DNA of 64,000 bases. Source: Chanos chanos (lineage: Eukaryota). The translations under genes were made by a program, and so were the position numbers. Shown here one piece after another: positions 57,631 to 64,000 of this stretch; position 1 is the first letter of the stretch; every line of letters begins with the position of its first letter. The DNA lies in the NCBI RefSeq assembly GCF_902362185.1, contig NC_044504.1, forward strand, positions 33,220,702 through 33,284,701. The letters are read 5' to 3'. The notes below the pieces were generated by a model that saw only the letters and a list, made by a program, of their open reading frames with translations, was not told where the DNA came from and did not search any database.

Positions 57631-60600
57631 GAGACACATGAGATGCTTCTAAAAACGGAGAAAAAAAAAAGAAAAAAGAGAAAGAAAATATATAAAAAAA
57701 GGCCAAAAAAGTAGGCTGTAACCTGGTGTTTCCCTCTATAGGTATAAAGGATATATTTAAAAGGACACGTGTTCACTTTTGTTCTTTTTGGACTCCCCTT
57801 CTCCTTTCTTAGTCTTTCATCTATGGAGGTGTCGAGACGTTTGGATCCAGAGTAATGATATATATTTTTAGTGCTTGGATTACACATTTTTTGCCTTTTT
57901 CTCAGAAAAAAAAAAAAAAAGTCTCTTAGTTTTGTTTCCTTCCTTTATCTGTCCCTGGTTTACATGTTGGAAATACTCAGACTCAAGGGGATATTTCCAA
58001 GGTGCCTTAATAAGGATTTTGAATATACTTCCTCCTTAAAAGATAGAAGAAAGGATGTTCTGAGGGACAAATTTGATATTACTCCTGTTCATATAGGTAA
58101 AAAGATCAAAAGTTATAAATAAGAAAAAAAGAAAAGAAGGAAAAAAAAAAAAGACAAAGTTTGAAATGGTTTAATGGGGGGGAAAAGTAAAAAAAAAAAA
58201 AAAAATGAGTTTAGGGGGGAAATATTAGCACAAGTATAAGCAGTTTAATTACTCTATGGGGGGGGGGGGGGGGGGTATTTTTTTTGTGTGTTTGTTTTTC
58301 TCTTTTGTGTTTGTGTGTGCACTCATTCTTATGAGTTAGCCTCTCAATTTTGTTTTAAAACTAGAGGTCGTATTTCTCCCACCTTGAAACTCTCCCAGAG
58401 CATTGTGGGGGAAAAAATCTAGAAAGAGTGACTATACTTTCTTATGTCATCAGAGGCGGTGGGTTCCAGCTGACAGAGCACACTTGGTGTGTGAACTTGG
58501 GAGCAGAAGTTGTAGTTGTTTTAAGTATTGGAGAGGTACCCTGACACATTTGTATTAATTTCTGTTTGGTATGCTGAAGTACCGCATGACGGTTTGCCTA
58601 TTTGACCAGCATTCCAGGGCTGCTGATCAAGTATATAATTTTTTTTTCTTTTCCTTTTTTTTTAATCAAACACATGTAAGTAAACAGATATTATGTATTT
58701 GGAGTGAGTGCTGTTACATCCGGATGTGGCCTGTTTAAAGAGGACTGGTCTAGTGTTCTGTTGCTCTGTGCTTGTAAGTGTGTATGAAAGTGAGTGAGTG
58801 AATGAGAGAGACAGACAGAGAGGGAGAGAGAATGTGTTACAGTGAAAGAGACTGTCCTTTCCCTTAAAAGGACCAAACCTGGGTTGCCTCCTGTTGCAGG
58901 CTTGTAATGAGACCCCGGTCTCACGCATGCTAACCAGTTTGAGGCGCAGGGCTCTAAAATTATCCTGAGATCAAGTGGGGTGGGATGTGACTGTCGAACA
59001 GAGCATGACAGGGCTGTCAGAGCGATGGCCATCGTATGTGTGTGACTGACTCACTGCCTTCATGTGCAGGATTCATAGGCGTGTCAGGAACCCTTTTCTG
59101 GCTGTTGGGGGATGGCGGGGGGGGAGGGGGGGTGTTAGGCCTAATAGAAATAGCAAGGGCAGACACCAGTGCATTTGCAGAAATTCGAAAGGGTCCCTAA
59201 ATGGCTTGCACTCCAATAATAGCTTTACCACACTATCTGCTCACTGCCGCAGGGATATCCCAGCTTTCGGTCCACGTTTGGCAATGATGTTTCAATATCG
59301 CCGACTTCATTCTTGTCAGTTGTCTTGCGTCTTGCCAAGACCCTGTCTTGTTTAAAATAATGAGTAGATGATATACCATTTGACGTTTTAACTCAGATGG
59401 TTGTCTAGATTGTTTCTGCACTTTGAAGTCACGTTTTTTTTTTTCCTCCTATATTGGGTCATTCAGAAATCTACAGGAGTTTGCTCTTACACTCCTTATG
59501 CAATAGCCAACATTTGACCCTTTTCCCTTGTTGGGTCTCTTCCCTTACTCAGCTTGTTCTCCTCAGCCGCTACCAGTTCAGCTTGTTCAAGGGCGCACAC
59601 ACACACACACACACACACAAACACGCACACACACATGCACTAAATCACCTCACTAACCACATTCCCTCTTATCTTACTCACACACTGACATGGGCGGAAA
59701 GCAGAAGAGGGGGGTCACGCCCCTGGGTCAGGGTGTATTGAGCTCAAATTTTGTGGATCGTGTTTTAACTTTTTATTTTCCCCTTTTCAGAGTTGCTGTG
59801 GACCAGTGTCTGAACCAGCGATAAATGCACTTCAGTGCCTTACATTTATGACAGATATCGCTCATAGTTAAGATAGGGAGAGGTGTAGTGTGGGAGGTAT
59901 AGCTTCGTTAATATTAGGACAAAAAGTTTGGCTCTTTTTTTTCTTTCTTTCTTTCTTTTTTAATGTATCACTCCCTGAAAAAAAATCAGCAATTAGAGAA
60001 CACTTGTTTCATTTATTTTATTTATTGCTTTATTTAATAAATTGACACAATATAGATCTAGACGTTCTGGCATCATGTTAACAATGTGCAGTCATTGGCT
60101 GTTGACCTTTTATGATCCATTTGTCGCACTTGCCTAGTTGTATAACGTTTGCCATTCCTGTAATTGTGCTGTGTGATATCAATTACCTTAAATTACCCTC
60201 CCTCATGTGCCCCACCTCTGCTGAACTAAAAGCAAAATCCTGAACGCACTGACCACCTGTTTGTTGTCCCTTAGTCCAAATGACTTAAAATCTTAAATTC
60301 GCTGAGGAACTTGAGAAGTCTTAACTTGCTCCAGAAATCCAGATGACGGCGTGAGAGGATGAGAGCTGTATCGTGAAATGCGGGCGTGGTTTTGACGAAG
60401 GTTCGTTCTCGGGGAGATGTGGCAAAAGGCTTTGTAGATCTTAACAGGTGTGTATGAGCAGACCCAGGTTCAGTTTATTCGGCCTGTGTTACATTTTGGA
60501 TTTTTTTTTTTTTTTTTTTTTTACTCTTCTTCCTAAATGATCACCAGTGTGATCCCCACACCAAAAGATGTCTGTGGCCTCTTACCAGAAACAGGACAGA

Positions 60601-62618
60601 GTACTTTTTTTTTTTTTTTTTTTTTTCAGCTTTTCAAAACCTGTTTGGCTAATATTGCATTGATTTGATAAAAAAACGACTCAAGTCTTAAAATTTAAAA
60701 AAAAAAAAAGGGTCACGTCGGCTTGTTCTAATCACATTTACTGGTCTGAGCTGAAAGCTTCTATCAAACCCATATGCAAGTCTTTAGGGGCTGAAGTCTG
60801 CTGATAAGTGATTTGTCAATGCTGGGCTACGGTAGCTCACCTCGTGTCTCGTCCCCCCCCCTAGAACATGCTTAAAACTCTCTCCCAATGCAAAACACAT
60901 GCCTTTGTTTGCATTTTCAAGTATGACTATCTTATCTTGTCCAGATATACTTCACACAGACAGAACGAGGCTCGTTTGACATGTCCCATATAAGGTCAGT
61001 GTGCAGGCTGCTTCTCTGAAAGGGGAGCAAGGTGGGGGCCTGAAAGGGGGTGTGTGTGTGTGGGGGGGGTTACATTATTGTTTTTGCATAAGGATGGTAC
61101 CCCCCCGTTGCAGTTCCCTATGAAGTTAGCAAGCATGACTCGCTCTCTTCCCCGATGGTCAACAGCATTTGAGCTTTGCCTTGTATGTCACATTGCTTGT
61201 TTGCATTAACAGATTATGTTTTTGTTTTTCCTGTGGCCGGGGGAGGGGGGAGGGCAGGGTTTCGTTGGAAGCGAACGCTCTCGTCTACGGACAGGAAGTC
61301 TTACCTGTGATGGGAGGTGTTTTTTTTGTTGTTGTTGTTTTTGTTGTTTTTTGATGCTCTATTGCTTTGTTGCATTAAGAGTTTAGGACTGTGCAGCGGA
61401 TTGTCTTTACTTTTGTTGTGTGAATTTTTTTTTTTTTTCTCTGTAAAGATGCCAGTGAATGTGAGATTCAGAAGCTGAAGGAGATGAAAAAAAAAAAAAA
61501 AAAATTGGTCTCACTATTTATAGATATATATATTTTTTTGAAATGATGCAAAATAAGACCATCTGTGTCCGATTGGTGATTTAAGAAAACTATGATAGTG
61601 TTGTTCATTATACCATTTTGTTTTTCCTGCACTTTTACCTCACTTTAATTTTCCTTTGGACAGAATTGTACATCAGGAAAATGTGTATAAGGAAGGGGAA
61701 AAAATAATAAAGTACTGAACCCCATTTTTCCTTTCTGTGCTGGGATTTTCTTTTTTTGCGGAGTTATGATACCTCTTGCATAATATAGTGATGTTTATTT
61801 TTCCAAATGAAAATTCTAAAAGTTTTGATGTATTGTGGGGGGTTTTTTTTGTTGTTTTTTTCAGATCAACATGATATATTTATAACATTCTAACACTGAG
61901 ACTGCCCAGAAAGAGATTGGTGTTCAATTTTAGCTAAAATTGGTGACGTGGGCAGTTGAATTCCATGGTTAGATTGCCAGGTCCCTTTAATGGCTATTAA
62001 TGATGACTTGGAGGTTGTTTTCTTTAGCGTGCTGCATTAGTGCTCTTCAGAGGTCCATGTTCCATAGTCACTCAGTCATCAGCGTCTTGCCCCGCTGCCC
62101 CACTCATGCAGTGGAGTACAGAGGAATGAGTCAGCACTCTGACTGATAGGACCTTTAACAGAAATCACAGGCTCTACAGACATATCAGACCTACAAAAAC
62201 GAAACACCTAGTTCTGCAATCTGTACATACGTTTTACCTTTTTTTTTTTTTCTTTTTTTTTCCCTGTTCCTGGGTTTAATTTAAAAAAAAAAAAAAAAAC
62301 AGCTTTTGAACTGTGTTTTCTATCTGAATTGATCTTTTATCTGATTCTCTCTTCAGACTGTCTATCTGAATTGAACTGTAGTTGTGGGAGTAGCGTTTTG
62401 ACTCTGTATAAGGTCTGTCATGCTGAAGAAGGATGGTAGCATGTCAGTGTCACCGCTCTCGTTTAAGCTGATACAAGAAGAGTTACCATCTGCTTCCCCC
62501 ATCCCGTTCATGACTCCGCTGTGGTTGACTGGGCCAGTTTCGGATGAGCACAGCAAAAATAACCACATGGATACTGGCCTAGGCAGATGGGGCAAGTCCG
62601 TGTTCTAAGTACTGACTG

Positions 62619-62622
62619 CTTT

Positions 62623-62672
<50 letters not shown>
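62619..62672 (+). repeat. (CTTT)n tetranucleotide microsatellite
   Basis: Read directly from the sequence. Confidence 0.9.
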
Positions 62673-62679
<7 letters not shown>

Positions 62680-63785
62680 TTCCCCAAGACAGTGAGGGAA
62701 GCTAAGAACTCAGTTACACATCTAAGAGAACTGAACTGAACTTGACCAGCACAAAAAGTAACTTTTAATTGCTAATAAAATAAAAAAAATATATATCATC
62801 TTCTCGAGTTTCAATTCGTTTATTTAAAAAACCACACATGCCTGATACTTCACACATTAAAAAAAAAAAAAAAACCCTTCATGTGAAGGGTTCAGGGTTT
62901 GAAAGTTCCTTTTATTCATATTCATATTCAAAAAACTGTAATGAGTGGAGGACGCTTCTGGTAAGTGAGAAAAGCGTTTTTTACATCTGACAAGCATAAT
63001 TGGTGTTTGAGGCACTTGTAGTGTGAAAAAAAACAACAACAAAAAAAAGTACATTCCAGTATTTTCTGTAGGGAGCGTGTTGTGACTTTGTGTGTCTGAT
63101 ATGTAGAACAGTGTGGTTTTAAGAGCCAGAACATATTTTCCTCTTTATACCACTGCAGTGAATTCTGGCCAAGGTAATGTTGTAAACTAGCATTAGATCT
63201 GCAGTTTTGTGTGTGTGTGTGTGTGTGTGTCAGAGTGTGTGTGCGTGCGTGTGACTAAACTCTCTTGGTGCCATCACTCATTCAGTAAGATCACTGCTCA
63301 TTTCCATTGCGTTCCCTTCCCTATAAAACCTGGTAATTTACTGCCATCTCTGAAGTTACCTTATCTGACGGGAAGTGGATTTTATGTGCGCTCTGACTAA
63401 AGTTTGCCTTCACTTAGTCTGGTACAGAATCTCTTAACCACTTTTCTATACCTCTCTGCTGAGTCTCTGTTTAGCCTCTGTCTCATCTTTCTTAGTCTCT
63501 TAGTAAGATCAGGAAATACTTTACAGTCAGAATCTGAATGCCTTGGCCCAAAGGGCAGAGTGGACTGAAAATACAACCCATGCTGAACAGAAACTTTTTA
63601 ATGCTCTTTTATACTGTTAGTTTAAAGAAAAAGAATTAATGCATTCCTTTCAAGCTTCCAATAGATTTAAATTCTAGTTCTTAATGGCGTGGTTTAATTG
63701 CTCTACCACTGGAATGTTCTTGAACTTTCCCTCGCTGCTGCCATAAATGTCCTGTTTCCCACGTACATTAATGAATTGCAGAGTG

Positions 63786-63816
<31 letters not shown>

Positions 63817-64000
63817 CGGGTGTGTGTGTGTGTGTATAATGACAGTGGGCACAGACAATCTGCAGCCTGTATCATTCACATTCGCAGTCCACACCAGGTC
63901 ATTGTGCCAATGGAAAGACAACAATCAGGCAAAATGGCCACCAATAGCCAGCCAACAATGCCTGATTTCTGGAATACTGCTGATAGAAATATGCAGGGCG

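Noticed and set aside
56361-57639. Minus-strand and alternate-frame ORFs of 86-147 aa overlapping tent5c
   Set aside because: These are shadow ORFs of the GC-rich coding exon with no homology. The + strand frame carries the conserved TENT5 protein.

Overview
The window is vertebrate nuclear DNA, most likely teleost fish. It is dense in microsatellites ((GT)n, (CT)n, (AT)n), has long G/C homopolymers, and its genes are multi-exon with canonical GT-AG introns. It is not prokaryotic, and there are no CRISPR arrays, operons or rRNA genes. Two protein-coding genes lie head-to-tail on the + strand. (1) Coding exons 2-13 of 13 of a class I Golgi alpha-1,2-mannosidase (glycosyl hydrolase family 47) run from 5023 to 45766. 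The C-terminus (...[43 protein letters not shown]) fits MAN1A2 better than MAN1A1 or MAN1C1. All 12 exons join in one frame with GT-AG splice sites. Exon 1 (start codon and membrane anchor) must lie upstream of the window. (2) A single-exon CDS at 56461..57630 encodes a 389-aa FAM46/TENT5 non-canonical poly(A) polymerase, best called tent5c. In human, TENT5C (FAM46C) is the + strand downstream neighbour of MAN1A2 on 1p12, matching the arrangement here. The remaining sequence is intronic or intergenic low-complexity DNA with a few possible transposon remnants. The most interesting structural observations concern man1a2 splicing. A 27-bp tandem triplication duplicates a splice donor three times. 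A ~180-bp (GT)n tract sits directly against a 3' splice site. An intronic 55-bp minisatellite of ~21 units carries a consensus 5' splice-site motif in each unit. Several polypyrimidine tracts are pure (CT)n microsatellites.
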